This document shows, one piece after another, positions 29,521 to 44,225 of a stretch of 64,000 nucleotides of DNA. Numbering within the stretch: position 1 is the stretch's first letter; the number at the start of each line of letters is the position of its first letter. Origin of the DNA: Eledone cirrhosa (lineage: Eukaryota); NCBI GenBank assembly GCA_964016885.1, contig OZ024743.1, forward strand, positions 280,922,001 to 280,986,000, in the 5' to 3' direction. The position numbers and the translations under genes are program-made. The notes under the pieces were generated by a model. It worked only from the letters and a program-made list of their open reading frames with translations. It made no database searches and was not told the origin of the DNA.

Positions 29521-29956
29521 AATATAAAGGCCAATAGAGAAAGCGTTGTTAGCGAGGGGGATGACTGGAAACAGTAAAGTATGTTGATAAATGGACTCCA
29601 TCTGATGTGGAAATTGATACAGGATTGTTACCATGTGGCAGAATATATTAAGTATGTTGGATTGATGGAAGGGCAAAGTTTAATGGTGATTACGTAACCG
29701 ATACAGGCTCCCTTTGATCTAGCATCATCACAAATTCAAACACCACACATTCACACATACAACATACAAAAATGTATACATATATACATACATGCAAACA
29801 TACATAAATACATAAGTACATGTAGGCATACATACATACATACATACATACATACATACATACATACATACATACATACATACATGCATGCATGCATGCA
29901 TACATACATACATACATACATACATACATACATACATACATACATACATACATACA

Positions 29957-29988
<32 letters not shown>

Positions 29989-30177
29989 ATCATACACCGC
30001 GCAATAATATTTCTGTTTCATATAGATTCCTCTCATATAAAAACTGTCTCCTGGTTTGATAGGCTGATTGATATTTTACGCACAGATGTGCACACACGTA
30101 CCTACACGACTACATGTGTGGGTGAGTGTCTGTGTGTGTATTTATATATGTGTGTATATATATATGTATATAAATAC

Positions 30178-30269
<92 letters not shown>

Positions 30270-30472
30270 AGCCTACAGGATAAATTGCGTAGCTGGAGGA
30301 TAAGGATGTCAGGAACAAGTATGTAGATACTATTGCATCCAAATACAGAGAATCCCTGAGCAAACTGAGAACGTTGGCACGGAGTGGAGACTATTCAGTT
30401 CGGCAGTTATTGCTTTAACTTTTAAATACTGCGGGCGAAAGTGGATTAGTGTGGCGCCGAGTGGCAGGAGGT
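30270..30472 (+). mobile_element. RTE-clade LINE fragment (linker after APE endonuclease)
   Basis: Translates to LEDKDVRNKY..ENVGTEWRLFSSAVI..CGRK, like the RTE 'ExEWxxFxxxIxxxAxxxCGRK' region. Confidence 0.55.
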
Positions 30473-30650
30473 TCCTTTAGTTCAATGTGTTATAGTATCT
30501 AAAAGCAAAACAGGAGATGTAAAATGTAAAAATAGCAGTAACAATGATTCCCGATGTATACGCATCTTTCAAACCAAACTGTGAGTGTGTTCTGTTATTA
30601 TTTCTGGCAATATTATAACAATATAATCCTCCCTAAGTATAACAATATAT

Positions 30651-30689
<39 letters not shown>

Positions 30690-30850
30690 AAGTATGACTC
30701 CGACGGCAGAGCTCAAGCCGTTTCCAGAAACGGCTTGAGTTCTGCCGTCGGGGTCATACTTTTTTCCTATTTCCCACTCTACTACCCTAAGTATTGAGTA
30801 CTCTGGTGCGTTATGGTCAATCTGGTTCCTTACCAAAATTCCTTTGTTAT
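30690..30850 (+). mobile_element. Fold-back cassette containing the 3' half of a hammerhead (family C); relatives at 25423-25457, 30870-31092, 44316-44432
   Basis: GAAACGGC(TTGAGTTCT)GCCGTC|GGGGTCATAC; the 5' half is replaced by an inverted copy. Confidence 0.55.
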
Positions 30851-31087
30851 ATATATATATACATATATATAAATCAAGCTGGATTCAGTAAGAAACGGGT
30901 TAGACCATTAATCACCAGAGTACTCGATACTAGAGGTAGTAGAGTCAGGTACTCGATACTAGGGGTAGCAGAATATGTTTATAGTTATAAGAATGTGTCA
31001 GGTGCCGTTTCAACGGCTAGTTCCAGAGTCTGCATCTAGTTGTTGAAAAGGCAAGAGCTCAGCCGTCGGGTACCAAACCCATTCTTA

Positions 31088-31134
<47 letters not shown>

Positions 31135-31429
31135 CGTGAATCATTCCTACAATTTTTATTTGTTTGTTTGTTTTTTGTTGTTGTTTTTTTTCTTTGCTGT
31201 TTTACATATTACATATTTCTTACTTTTAAATACTGCAACACATTGATACATCTTCACTAATCTTCCTTAATAACACCCAGAGCTTCCACTATAGATCTTT
31301 CAATTTCGATCAAATGCATCTTCGAAAATGTTAATTCTGTATCAATAATAAACGGTCTTACGTACAGTTATAGATTGAAGAAAGCGTTAGTCCGGAGCAT
31401 AGCGGGGTAAAACGCGTTGAAATAACTAT

Positions 31430-31900
31430 TCATATACGCGAGGCTAACTCTTGTGTGTAGACAACTCTGCACCGATAGCAGTGAATAGGGAAGTGGTTCG
31501 GTGACCAACAACGTCATAAGACTTCGTAGCTACAGATTCATCAATAAACCTATCAAAAAGCGACCAATGCTTCAACAACTGGCGATCTTCAGCATGTCGG
31601 GCAGCACCAGACTGGAGAAAGTGTCGCTACATATCGCATCCCAGATGGAGAGGATTTCGCCGTGGAACGAGAAGAATCTGATGCCATCTGGCCCTTTGCC
31701 GTTCATTCGGTACAGCGATACAGGCTCGAGATGTGGAAGGAAGCCAGCGGCTTCCGAGCCATGTTCAATGATCTCGTTAAGAGTGGCATGGCGTATTTGG
31801 TGACCTGAGTAATGCTTTCTCCATTCTGCCCGCTGAGACCAGTAGGCAACTTGCAATTGGAGTTCTGCTGACCAGTGACCGTTCTTCCACATTCTCTGGG
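31430..31900 (-). mobile_element. Restriction-like endonuclease domain of an early-branching (CRE-like) non-LTR retrotransposon, decayed
   Basis: RHATLNEII..AGFLPHLEPVSLYRMNGKGPDG..WDAICSDT matches RHxxLN..EPxGLxRxDGKRPDG..WDxTCxDT. Confidence 0.75.
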
Positions 31901-32323
31901 CTTATATCGTTGGGGTAGAGCTAGTTTAGGTTGCAGATATATATGTCATTTCTCGACAGGCACACAGACACGTAAACAATAATTAGATATTTCATTTCCT
32001 TTCGCTTTATCTATGCCTGACCAATAATGCACTCATATACACTTACTTTCTATCTGTTTATCTATCTATCTGTTTGTCTAATTACATGTGTATATATATA
32101 GTGAATGCGCGTGGGTGAGTGGTAAGAGAATTGGATTCGCAATCGTGGGGTTGTGATTTCGATTCCCGGACCGGGTGATGCGTTATGTCCTTGAGCAAGA
32201 CACTTTATTTCACGTTGCTCCTTCTACCTGGAGTTGCGACTGATAGAGAGTATTAGCAATTGGAAAGACCCATGGAAACATTGTTTCCTCGGTCCGATTT
32301 GACGAAAGTTGATCGACTGACGA

Positions 32324-32365
<42 letters not shown>

Positions 32366-32372
<7 letters not shown>

Positions 32373-32580
32373 GTGAGGTTTTTTTACAAAATGAAAAATA
32401 ACCGGTGTCCTACACGAGTGAAAGTATAAGGAAAAAAGATGAAATCGAAAATGCAACTGGTGTCTTATTTTTTTTTTAAATATATATATTTATTTGGTTC
32501 CTTTACCGGTTTCGCAGTTCTTCTGCTTTTCAAAAGTAGAGTTGAGATGGAGGGTCTGTGGTTTTTCTCACATCTTTTTT

Positions 32581-32585
<5 letters not shown>
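32366..32585 (-). mobile_element. Short cassette with U3-A8 minimal hammerhead (32501-32536); near-identical opposite-strand copy at 55198-55402
   Basis: Sense: CTT-TTGAAAA-GCAG(AAGAA)CTGC-GAAA-CCGG-TA-AAG; flanked by (TA)n. Confidence 0.6.
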
Positions 32586-32648
<63 letters not shown>

Positions 32649-32793
32649 AGAGGTTATGTTTAATTTGTTGGGATACAACAAGCAAAATATTTTTATAACT
32701 GATATAAAGCACTCAACAAATTATTGGAGTAAATATACAATATATTAACAAATGGAAACTATATTTATAAAACCATATTTATAAAACCATATT

Positions 32794-32859
32794 TATTTCA
32801 TTATACATATTTTCAGGGCCACCAAGGCAGATTATGGTGCGCTTTTATCAGATAAAATA
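32794..32859 (-). ncRNA. Degenerate minimal hammerhead (C3.A8 mismatch)
   Basis: Minus: TATTTTAT-CTGATAA-..GCACCA..TGGTGG..-GAAAATATGTATA-ATGAAATA; same family as 14652 and 61351. Confidence 0.55.
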
Positions 32860-32944
32860 TAATATAGATTAGTTTTATAAATAAATATTGACATACCCTG
32901 AAAAAATGCAACCTTCACGGTTGGAGTCTCCTGTGTGTGTATTA

Positions 32945-33030
<86 letters not shown>

Positions 33031-34959
33031 TTATTAAAATAACAGATTAAATGTTAAGCAAAGAATCGCTGCTTTCACCCTTAACGGGATCTTCTGAAAC
33101 TAACAAAGTCAATCTGTAAACGCAGAACTGGATATTTCAAAAAACGTTGCAACCGGAGGAAGACAGGAAGACGATACTTTGGTTCGTGGAAACGTTCGCT
33201 GGCTATGCAAATAAGTAAAGGTATACACAAAACATATACTTAGCTCCCACATCGAGACGTAAAATATCCACGTATAGATCGTACTATCCGTTAGGGTATA
33301 ACGTGGGGCTGTAATACAGGAAAGTTTTGTGCAATTTATGTTTACAAGCCGAAATTGCCTCAGATTTTTTGTTTAAGATGTGGTCTGTGGCGTAGAGTAT
33401 TTCCAGGGCCTCAGCGGCGCAGAGGTCACATGGTCTTTTATTTCCGTTATACGATCTAGCCCTAGCTAGGATCTCCCAGTGTAACTTAAATTGGGTGTGG
33501 TTGTCTTTTAGACTCCAGATATAAGCTGAAAGTGACGTCATATTCCTTCTTAGAGGGTAACGAAAAGAATAGGTATGCATGTAAAGACGCTGCTTGAATC
33601 TATTGGCGGTTAACCCTATGAGGGCCCTACGGGACGTGGGTGTTATAACCTTACATTTGTAGACAATGTTACTAGAGAGGCATTTACCCTCAACTTATTG
33701 AATGGGTTGTATTACCCGTATAGAAAGCCGAATGATACGCTTAATTACATAAGTAAGCATTCCAACCATCTTGCCAGCATAACCAAGAACCTGGTAAGAA
33801 ACGTTTCGTTGAGGCTTTCCCGTCTTTCCACCAACGAGCATATTTTCAACGACCATTCCACTTATTACAATGAAGCTCTTGCTCGAAGTGGATTTGTCGA
33901 TAAGGTAGCATATACAGAGTACGAAAATAGACCTAGAAGAAATAGATCCCGTCGCATTTGTTGGTATAACCCACCATATAATATGGAGGTGGCCACACCA
34001 TTAGCTAAGACCTTTCTTTCCCTTATTACGTAGCATTTTCCCCCTACACATAAATATAGTTAAATTTTTAATAGAAATACTATTAAAATTTCTTACTCTA
34101 CGACTCCTAACCTTGCACATAACATCACAGCTTCAAATTTAGCTAAACTACCTAGCCGTAGGAACACGTGCAACCCTGTAGTTAGTACTAACTGTAATTG
34201 TAGGAATCGGGTTGATTGCCCCCTATCCGGTAAATGCCTCTCTAGTAACATTGTCTACAAATGTAAGGTTGTAACACCCACGTCCCGCAGGGCCTACATA
34301 GGGTTAACCGCAGCGTCTTTACATGCATACCTATTCTTTTCGTTACCCTCTAAGAAGGAATATGACGTCACTTTCAGCTTATATCTGGAGTCTAAAAGAC
34401 AACCACCCCCAATTTAAGTTGTACTGGGAGATCCTAGCTAGGGCTTGATCGTATAACGGAAATAAAAGACCATGTGACCTCTGCGCCGCTGAGGCCCTGG
34501 AAATACTCTACGCCACAGACCACATCTCCAACAAAAAATCTGAGGCAATTTCGGCTTGTAAACATAAATTGCACAAAACTTTCCTGTATTACAGCCCCAC
34601 GTTATACCCTAACGGATAGTACGATCTATACGTGGATATTTTACGTCTCGATGTGGGAGCTAAGTATATGTTTTGTGTATACCTTTACTTATTTGCATAG
34701 CCAGCGAACGTTTCCACGAACCAAAGTATCGTCTTCCTGTCTTCCTCCGGTTGCAACGTTTTTTGAAATATCCAGTTCTGCGTTTACAGATTGACTTTGT
34801 TAGTTTCAGAAGATCCCGTTAAGGGTGAAAGCAGCGATTCTTTGCTTAAACTTTAATCTGTTATTTTAATAAATATTTGCTCTACGGTTCTTATATATTT
34901 GATATATATTTATCCTTATCAAGCCCTCTTTGGATTTTAGTCTTCAAATTTATTATTAT

Positions 34960-34962
<3 letters not shown>
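33031..34962 (+). mobile_element. Naiad-like Penelope element fragment (+ 33698-34962) with ~660-bp inverted 5' copy (33031-33690)
   Basis: YYPYRKPND..SNH..RRICWYNPPY..FNRNTIKISYS, CNCRNRVDCPLSGKC..IVYKC..YIG, CDLC..LNKKSEAISACKH; both ends abut (TA)n. Confidence 0.92.
34786..34861 (+). ncRNA. Hammerhead-like fold with atypical CAGAAGA core (mirror copy - 33042-33117)
   Basis: CAGATTGA..AGTTT-CAGAAGA-T-CCC(GTTAA)GGG-T-GAAAGCAG(CGATTCT)TTGCT-T|AAACT-T-TTAATCTG. Confidence 0.55.
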
Positions 34963-35010
<48 letters not shown>

Positions 35011-36361
35011 GACACATGTCATTAGATATATATGTACACACACATATATAAGTATATGTTTGTATATATTTAGATGTATGCGTATGTGCGTTTATGTATA
35101 CAGTAGTGTTGTTAGTGGCTAGAGTCAGCCTTGTTCAATTAGACATGATCATTTTCATATTTGGACATCCTATCAAACATAGTGTATCTATGACTAAATT
35201 ATGCAATGCGTTATTTCCTGTTATGTGAAGTTTTGGTGTGGATTTCACTACTATTTCTAGCAGGTCAAATGTGTAAATAAAATATAAAAATATAAAATAT
35301 TGGCTTGGTGATCAAAAGTGTTATTCTGTAGATGAGAAGGCTTGTTCAGCCCGTGACGGGTTGATGTCAACTATTGTTTATGTCTTTTTCAATAGCATTA
35401 ATATCATATCCATCAACGAGCTCTTAAGTCCTGATTGAGTTGTAGCTTCACCGACATCTAGAAGATTTAAACCTAGCGGAGCCCATCTCTCTCTATGTTT
35501 GAACACAGTCGATCTCTTCCTAAGAGGAAGGAGGGAGAAAGAAAAATGGAAAAAGTAACAAAGAGGTATAGATGAAGAATTGATCCCAATATTGAACTGG
35601 CACTTTATTTACCGACCTCAACAGCACAAAAGGCAAAATTGACCTCATCGGGGTTTATACTCAGAGCACAAAAAGCTAGAACAAATACGGCAAAGTATTC
35701 TACTCGGCATTCTAGCGACTCTGCCACCTTTATAGCATATGGAAATTCGAATAATTATATCCTGAAAAACTCTTCCCCCAGATTACATCCTACTTGTCAA
35801 TATTCCGCCATAAAAGTTCTCTTTTCTTTTTCGTTTGTTTGTATTTTCGTCATATTTTTTTATATGAATTCTTCTAATTTTTTTCTTCTTTAGAATTCAT
35901 TCCAGATTCCATTTTAAAAAGGAATTAAAGAATATTAAATAATACACAAGAGATAACTGCATAAAAAAACATAACAACATAAACATGAACGAAACATATC
36001 ACCATTTGTTCCGATTAGGTCCGCTTTTTCTTATTCTCTTTCAACTTTTTACCGTAATGGTGTCGTATTTATACGTAGATAAGGCTCAGAATATTCCACT
36101 TAATAGAAACATGATATCTTTATCAAACAGGTTCAAAAACTCGTCAGATCTTTCTCGCTGCTTTTATGCATTTATTCATCCGTTTTGTTTCCTTAATTCT
36201 TCAAAGTATTTTTTATAATATTTATTTTTATTTTTATTTCTGAGGTTTTCTTAATATTCTTGCTTTTTTTTTTTTATATACATATGTTGGTATTTGTCTA
36301 TCTTTATACATACATATATACACATATAGAGATGCAAATTTCCCTAAACCCTTTGGTTGAC

Positions 36362-36406
<45 letters not shown>

Positions 36407-37139
36407 GTTCGTGTTATAAACTTGTTTCCTTATTTTCAAGTCCCTTGTCTCTACTAATTCATCAAAGAACTCTACCCTCCTTCTGTAATATTAACCAATA
36501 CTGTTTAAGTGAAATCAAAGAAGGAAGAAAAGAAAAGAAATTGTAGATTACCAGTATAAAATTAAATGCATATGGTTGCCAACATGATGTCATCATGCTA
36601 ATACGCAGCATCCGGACAGGCTGGTGTTTAGAAGTCAACAAATGTGATATTTTCAAAGTCTTAGAACTAAACAGATAGAAGACAGATGACCTTCAAATCT
36701 AAACACGTTGTCTTTCTAACGTGTGGTACATTTAATGGTTCAAAATAAGACAAAAACATGAAAATAAATTATATGCTAAAATATGGCGTCTAGTTGAGTT
36801 GCTGTGAAAACAGAAAAATGATACCATGGAACATTATTTTAAAATAAATTTTTACCATTATAGATATATATTGGGGTGATTAAAGAAATATTTGAAGTAA
36901 TGACCAGATAATAGGAAGTCATTATTCTATTGCAGGAGAAAACTCCGGTATCACTGCTCTATATATTAATGTGTAAAGGGAGTTTCAAAATTCTATAAAA
37001 ATAACTATATTTGTCAGAAATATATGAATCTATGAAGATCAATAACTATAGACCTAAATAGATATACTTTAAAAGCATAAATATATTGTATCAAATAATT
37101 TATAAGTAACAAAAAGCATACTTACATGTGCATGGTTCG

Positions 37140-37830
37140 TTTTTGATGAGCTTGCTGGATGCGTCAGCCGCTGTCAGATAGCCAACATGTGGAGTGCTGT
37201 GAAACTTACTAGTCGCATTTTCATTTCGTCCGATACTCCCAATAAGGACCCTGAGTCCTGAAAAAATTAATAACTGTAGATAAAGCGTGGGTATACACGT
37301 ACGACTTGAAAACCAAACTCAGTCATCGCAGCCAATGTCACCAAAGTCCCAAACTGCACGTTAGGTGCAGGGCAAAATCAAAGTAATGTTGACTATTCTT
37401 TGACTACAGAGGCATTGGGCATCACGAATATGCGCCAGATGAACAAACAGTTACAAAGCAATACTGTCAGGAAATCTTCCGACGTCTTTGTGATGCAATT
37501 CAGCGCAAAAGACCTGATCTGTAAGCCCCACAAACTGGTAGCTGCATAATGTCAATGTCTCGGCTCATACCTTGCAACTGATCTAAGGTTTCTTGGCTAA
37601 GAAAGACATTTATCTCATTAGCCAGGTTCCTGATTTCCAGACATAGCTCCTCCTGACTTCTAGTTTTTCGTAAAAAGATATCACTGAAAAGCTCCTACTT
37701 TGATAGGTGGAAGAATATTATGCGGACCGCGGAGCTGAGAGCCATTCCGGAAGAATCATTCCAGACGGGCTTCGAACATTGAAAGGTTCGAGGGCTAAAC
37801 CTGTGAAGGTGATTATCAAGTCAATCCCAC
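37140..37830 (+). mobile_element. Mariner (DD34D) transposase pseudogene
   Basis: LITVDKAWVYTYD, GKIKVMLT, DYRGIGHHEY..QTVTKQY..RRLCDAIQRKRPDL, LHNVNVSAHT, PDIAPPDF, with stops and frameshifts. Confidence 0.88.
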
Positions 37831-38886
37831 CAAGTATGTGATTCTCATTCTCTGCCTAAATTCGGATTCTTTTTCGATCGACTTCGTATATATATATATA
37901 CACGAAGAGGGCTGAACAGTTCTTGACTTTAGGTAAAATAAAATACAGGAGGATCAGTTAATTATGACACCATTCAACATATTACCCTCTCAGATTCACA
38001 CACTTATTACAGCGGTCCTTCAGTTTCTCAAAGCCCTGTAAAAAAAATCGAAAGGCTAGGCCTCCAGTCAGGCCTCTGTAGCAACGATAGGCCAGGAACT
38101 TTTCAGCATCACCTCGTGTATATATATAAATTTTTCCTGAGTTCAGTTTTTTTCGTCGCTATGGCAATGCGGCCCGACTATCGGTCGCTGTATTTGATTT
38201 GCATAGCTGTCTAAACGTAATGTTATAACTCAGGGGTAATATTCTCCATTGAGTGCTTAGCTGCACACCGAATCTGCATTCGTTAGCTTGGCTGCTGCCA
38301 AAAGCTTCGTTGATGCTATACTAAAATTTGTATATACATTTATATATATATACATATATATATAGAGAGAGAGTCAGTGTGAGAGCGAGAGAGAGAGAGA
38401 GAGATTGTTTGTTTCACTCTCATAGTAGAAGATACGTTCTCAGGATCCCATGCAGTGCGGTCGAACCCATAGCTACGTGGTTGCTACGCAAAATTCTTAA
38501 CCATTATATATGTATATATATATGTGTGTGTGTGTGTGTGAATGTATGTGTGAGTGTGTGTATGTGTGCATATGCGTGTGCCTATATTTGATCACGACAC
38601 TATTGGATATGTATCATGGCTTCATGGCGGTATCTGAGTGGGCGTTAATCCAATTAAATTCAACGATCTTCGGTGTTATAGATTTAATGGTCTCGTTACT
38701 AAATATAAAAACACATACGCATTCAAACACACATATATACACACGCATTTATGCATACATGAATACACACATACACACATTATATATAGAGAGATATACG
38801 TATATATACTGTATAAATATGTTTGTGTGTGTATGTATATGTATATATAGATATACATATATACATATGTATATATACATATGTAC

Positions 38887-38973
<87 letters not shown>

Positions 38974-38986
38974 TATACATATATAA

Positions 38987-39130
<144 letters not shown>

Positions 39131-39337
39131 ATGTATATATATGCGTCCACACACATACGCACACGCTTTTTTTAAATTACATTTATTATATTAAATTCTG
39201 CAATATGCTATATATTATTGTCCATGTCACGTTAGAGCTCGATATCGTATGTCGATAGAGTTAATAAAAATATGTGTGAATATAAACACATAAATGTACT
39301 GTGAGCAACATGATCGTTATGTACAGATAAGAAACTA

Positions 39338-39504
39338 CCGTATTTCCCGGCGCCGGAGACGCTTCGTCCTCGACGACGCACCCTAATTTTGACAACCAAA
39401 AGTTTGAAAAAAAATAATAAACAACTTTCGGCCTCCAGGACACAGGGTAGAATTTTGAGACTTATTTTAGGAAAACAGTAGCGTCTTCGACGCCGGAAAT
39501 ACGG
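39338..39504. mobile_element. Tc2/pogo-like MITE
   Basis: TIRs CCGTATTTCC(C)GGCG / CGCCGGAAATACGG, TA target duplication. Confidence 0.8.
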
Positions 39505-39694
39505 TACATATCTTTATTGGACTTCGTCGTTTCAGAAATAGCAGTCAAATCTTCTTTAAATCGAATACTACGACCTGCAAGAAAGGACACATTGGATAGT
39601 GTAGTCGTATATATGTGGAAAGATGTAACATTTACAGTTGGGATGACTTTGATCATATATCTGATTTATTGGATCAAAGGGACTAAACACTAAT

Positions 39695-40330
39695 AGCGAG
39701 TTCTACTAAAGACACAAGGCCAGCAATTTGGGGAGCGGGGGAAGTCGATTAAATCGACCTCAGTACGTTACCGGTACTTTATTCTATCGACCCCGTAAGG
39801 ATGAAAGGCAAAGCTAACCTCGGCGGGATTTGAACTCAGAACGTAAATGGCTGTAACTCTTTGCCACAAAGCATATTGTTCGATGCTCTACCGATACTGC
39901 CAATCCACTGCCCTAAACAATAATTATTTCTACTTTTGGCTCAAGGCCAGCAATTATCCCAGTGTATTACTGGTACTTTATTTTATCGACCCCGTAAGGA
40001 TGAAAGGCAAAGTTAACCTCAGCGGGATTTGAACTCAGTCCATAAAGGGCCGTAACTCTTTGCTGCAAAGCATGGCGTCCGACTCTCTACCGATACTGCC
40101 AATCCAAATGGTTTCTTATATAGACACAAGGCCAACAATTTTGGGGGACGGGTAAGTCGAGTACATCGACCCCAGTGCGTGACTGGTACTTTATTTTATC
40201 GACCCCGTAAGGATGAAAGGCAAAGTTAACCTCAGTGCGATTTGAACTCAGAACGTAAATGGCCGAAACTCTATGCCGCAAAGCATATTGTCTGATGCTC
40301 TATCGATACTGCCAACCCGCTGCCCTAAAC
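39695..40330 (-). mobile_element. Tandem trimer of the dominant SINE
   Basis: TCGACCCCGTAAGGATGAAAGGCAAAG(C/T)TAACCTC repeated three times. Confidence 0.88.
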
Positions 40331-40559
40331 AATATTAACAACAACAGTAATTTGTCAAAACAGCGCAGTTATCCTACTCTGCGGTATTTACTTGGTGACC
40401 ATACATATTTAGAGGCAGTGCAGAGGACGCGTACCGTCAACCACTCTGCTAGTTCGTGGCTATCTTAACCTCCATAACTAAATACCACTAAGTATTTTGG
40501 CCGACATTTTACTCATTCTACCATGCGTTGTCCATACAATGACAATAACATTAACGTAA

Positions 40560-40800
40560 GGGTGCTCATCCTGGTTTGTGTGGCGTTAAGCGACTGAGAG
40601 TACATGACTCCCTCTGGACAGGACGCCAGTCCATATCAGGGTTAAATCCCCCAGCTATTGCTGGTACTCATTTACAGCTGAGTATACTGGAGGAACGGGA
40701 AATGAAGTGTTTTACCCAAGAACACAACACTCAGCCCAGTCCAGGAATCAAACACACGACGTTATGATCCAACACACTTTCCACTAGGTCACGCACCTCC
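40560..40800 (-). mobile_element. tRNA-derived SINE with conserved Meta/V-like central domain
   Basis: Minus: TGACCTAGTGG (A box), GTTTGATTCC (B box), GTGTTCTTGGGTAAAACACTT, ACTCAGCTGTAAATGAGTACC, GACTGGCGTCCTGTCCAG. Confidence 0.7.
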
Positions 40801-41117
40801 TCGTATGGGAGTACAGGATATTTAATGGACATTAGTACTTCACTTCTATCAATACTTATCATACTGAAATATTTAGTCGCGGCATTGACATTGTTCGAAC
40901 TCAGAGATTTAAGGGACATTACGAAATTTGCAGCAAGACACTTCCCTTAGAGCTCTACTAATTCTGTCATAGAATAAGAGAATAGGAAAATAGAAAATAA
41001 GAATGCAAACGTCATACTGATTATAGTGATGAGAATGACAGCAACAGCAGTAACAGCAGCACTAGCAGCAGCAGCAGCAGCAGCAGCAACAGTAGTAGTA
41101 GTAGTCGTAGTAGTAGT

Positions 41118-41160
<43 letters not shown>

Positions 41161-41628
41161 GTAGCGGTAGCAAAAGAAGAAGAAGAAGAAGAAGAAGAAG
41201 AAGAAGAAGAAGAAGAAGAAGCAGAAAAGTTAAAATGAACTAAAAAAAATTAATAATGTTATTGTTATTATTACCCTCATCATCATCATCACCATGAAAA
41301 AAATAATGATAATAGTAAAGCGAATCCACATAAAATGGTTGCCTTATCCAGCGAGCTATGTAAATTTTGTTGTCATTGTTATTGTTTGTATATTTGACTA
41401 TGCCTGTTATATTTACTTTTTAATTTCTAGTTGATTTTTGTTACTTATCAGTCCCTCCCCCCACTCCCCCCACACCATCTATATTTATTTATAAATTTGT
41501 ATAAAATATATTTTTATTCAAATTTTTTAATTTTATTTACATTTTTTTTCAAATTTATTTTAAATTATATTATTATATTATTTTATTTCTATATTTTTGT
41601 ATATGTATTACACACACACACACAGAGA

Positions 41629-41684
<56 letters not shown>

Positions 41685-41820
41685 TGTGTGTGTGTGTGTA
41701 TGTGTGTATCTATTTCTTTATACATATTTTTTTTATCTATTTTAAATCCTATTATTATATTATTTCATTTCTATATATGTATACACACACACACATATAT
41801 ATATATATATAGACATATAA

Positions 41821-41932
<112 letters not shown>

Positions 41933-42271
41933 ATTCTTATTTATATTTTTTTAACAAGCCTTGTTATATAAGTCACTAATGAGGCTAATGATAGCTACTC
42001 TACGGCCTAAGGAACATGCAACTTGCTGGAAGCTATTTCACTTGATTCCGCCGAGGCATTTTTCTACGTATAACGAGCTGCCAATATTCTCTTGTCTTCC
42101 CTTCATCTTATATGTTCTTTTCTTATTTTTACTTTCTTTATTTCGTTCTTTCTTTCTTTCTTCTTCATTTTCTTTATCTTCTTCGTCTTTTTCTTCATCA
42201 TCTCGTCCTCTGCCTCCTCCTCCTCCTCACTCTTCGGCTTCCTATTCTCCTCCATCTCCCCTTCCTCATCG

Positions 42272-42598
42272 ACACCACCATCATCACCATCATCACCATC
42301 ACCATCACCATCACCATCATCACCATCACCATCACCATCACCATCATCACCATCATCACCATCATCACCATCGTCACCATCATCAGTATCACCACCATCG
42401 TCACCATCACCATCATCACCATCATCATCACCATCATCATCACCACCACCACCTCCATCATCACCATCACCATCATCATCATCGCCATCACCACCATCAT
42501 CATCATCATCGTCATCACCACCATCATCACCATCACCATCAACACCACCACCATCATCATCATCATCATCATCATCATCACCATCATCGTCATCATCA
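42272..42598. repeat. (CAT/CAC)n compound trinucleotide microsatellite
   Basis: Mixed CAC/CAT run; produces a spurious poly-His ORF. Confidence 0.9.
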
Positions 42599-42973
42599 TT
42601 TGCTTCAGTATATAATTTTTTCCTCCTATATAATCTCTATTTTGTTGTTGATGTTATTGTTGATGGTTTTCATGATCATTAATGCCTCTTGTTATTGTTG
42701 TTGTTGCTATTATTATTGTTTATCATTATTATTATTAATATCATATGTTGAATTGGCAGTACCGGTAGAGGGTCGGCCGCCATGCTTTGACGCATAGAGT
42801 TACGGCCCTTGCCATTCTGAGTTCAAATCCCGCCGAGGTTAACTTTGCTTTTCATCCTTACGGGGTCGATAAAATAAAGTACCAGCAATGTACTGGGTAA
42901 TTGCTGGCCTGGTGCCAAAAGTAGAAACAATTATTATTAATATCATCATCATTATCATCACTATATTTGTATA

Positions 42974-43054
<81 letters not shown>

Positions 43055-43121
43055 ATATAAGTTTATCCCGCGTAAGTAAGGTACTCAATACAAAGCAGAG
43101 TGTAAAGATTTAGTGTAGAAA

Positions 43122-43173
43122 GGGTTCTACATGACTAGAACTGTTTCATTCCGGAGAAATCATCAGGAAGCCC
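43122..43173 (-). ncRNA. Hammerhead family B copy, followed by a defective inverted copy (43174-43220)
   Basis: Minus: GGGCTTC-CTGATGA-TTTC(TCCG)GAAT-GAAACAG(TTCTAGTC)ATGTA-GAACCC. Confidence 0.65.
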
Positions 43174-43238
43174 GATGATCATTTCTCCGGAATTAAACAG
43201 TTCTAGTCCTGTAGAAGCCATTCTACATTAAATATATG

Positions 43239-43309
<71 letters not shown>

Positions 43310-43374
43310 CAACCTTAATCTAAAAGTTGTTTTGAATCAATTTTGTAATGCATTATATATATATGTATGTATAA

Positions 43375-43443
<69 letters not shown>

Positions 43444-43452
43444 CATACATAC

Positions 43453-43521
<69 letters not shown>

Positions 43522-43584
43522 CATACAAACCCGTACACACACGTATTTATATATAAACATGTACACACTCATATATGTATGTGC

Positions 43585-43633
<49 letters not shown>

Positions 43634-43714
43634 CATATTATATATATACATACATACGTACATACATACATACATACATACATACATACATACATACATA
43701 CATACATACATACA

Positions 43715-43745
<31 letters not shown>

Positions 43746-44137
43746 TTGCATGTATACATACATGCATGCAATGAAGCATGGACATTGTGCCAGAAAGCAG
43801 ATCAATCACTCAGATTTGCTATCCATATACAATGCTTAATCTCTATGTGCTATCCTTATGCAGCGCATGCTCTCTCCATGCAATATATCATAGTAGAACA
43901 GGATACGAAATAATGTTATCATTTCTAAGTGTAGCATTTCAGCTCTAAAACTCATTTTTTATTATGTATTCAAATATGGTGCTTTTTGACACGTCGTTTG
44001 AGATACCGCTACAAATGCTGCCGCAGTAATGTTAGACACGGAAACAACATACTAATATGTGTGTCAGCTTTCTCCATACATACTGTAACTCTCCATTGCT
44101 AAGTAACCAATTTCATTTCTCTCTCTCTCTCTCTCTC

Positions 44138-44225
<88 letters not shown>

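Noticed and set aside
41961-42797. Poly-His / Ser-Pro ORFs
   Set aside because: CAT/CAC microsatellite open in several frames; no domain or splice evidence
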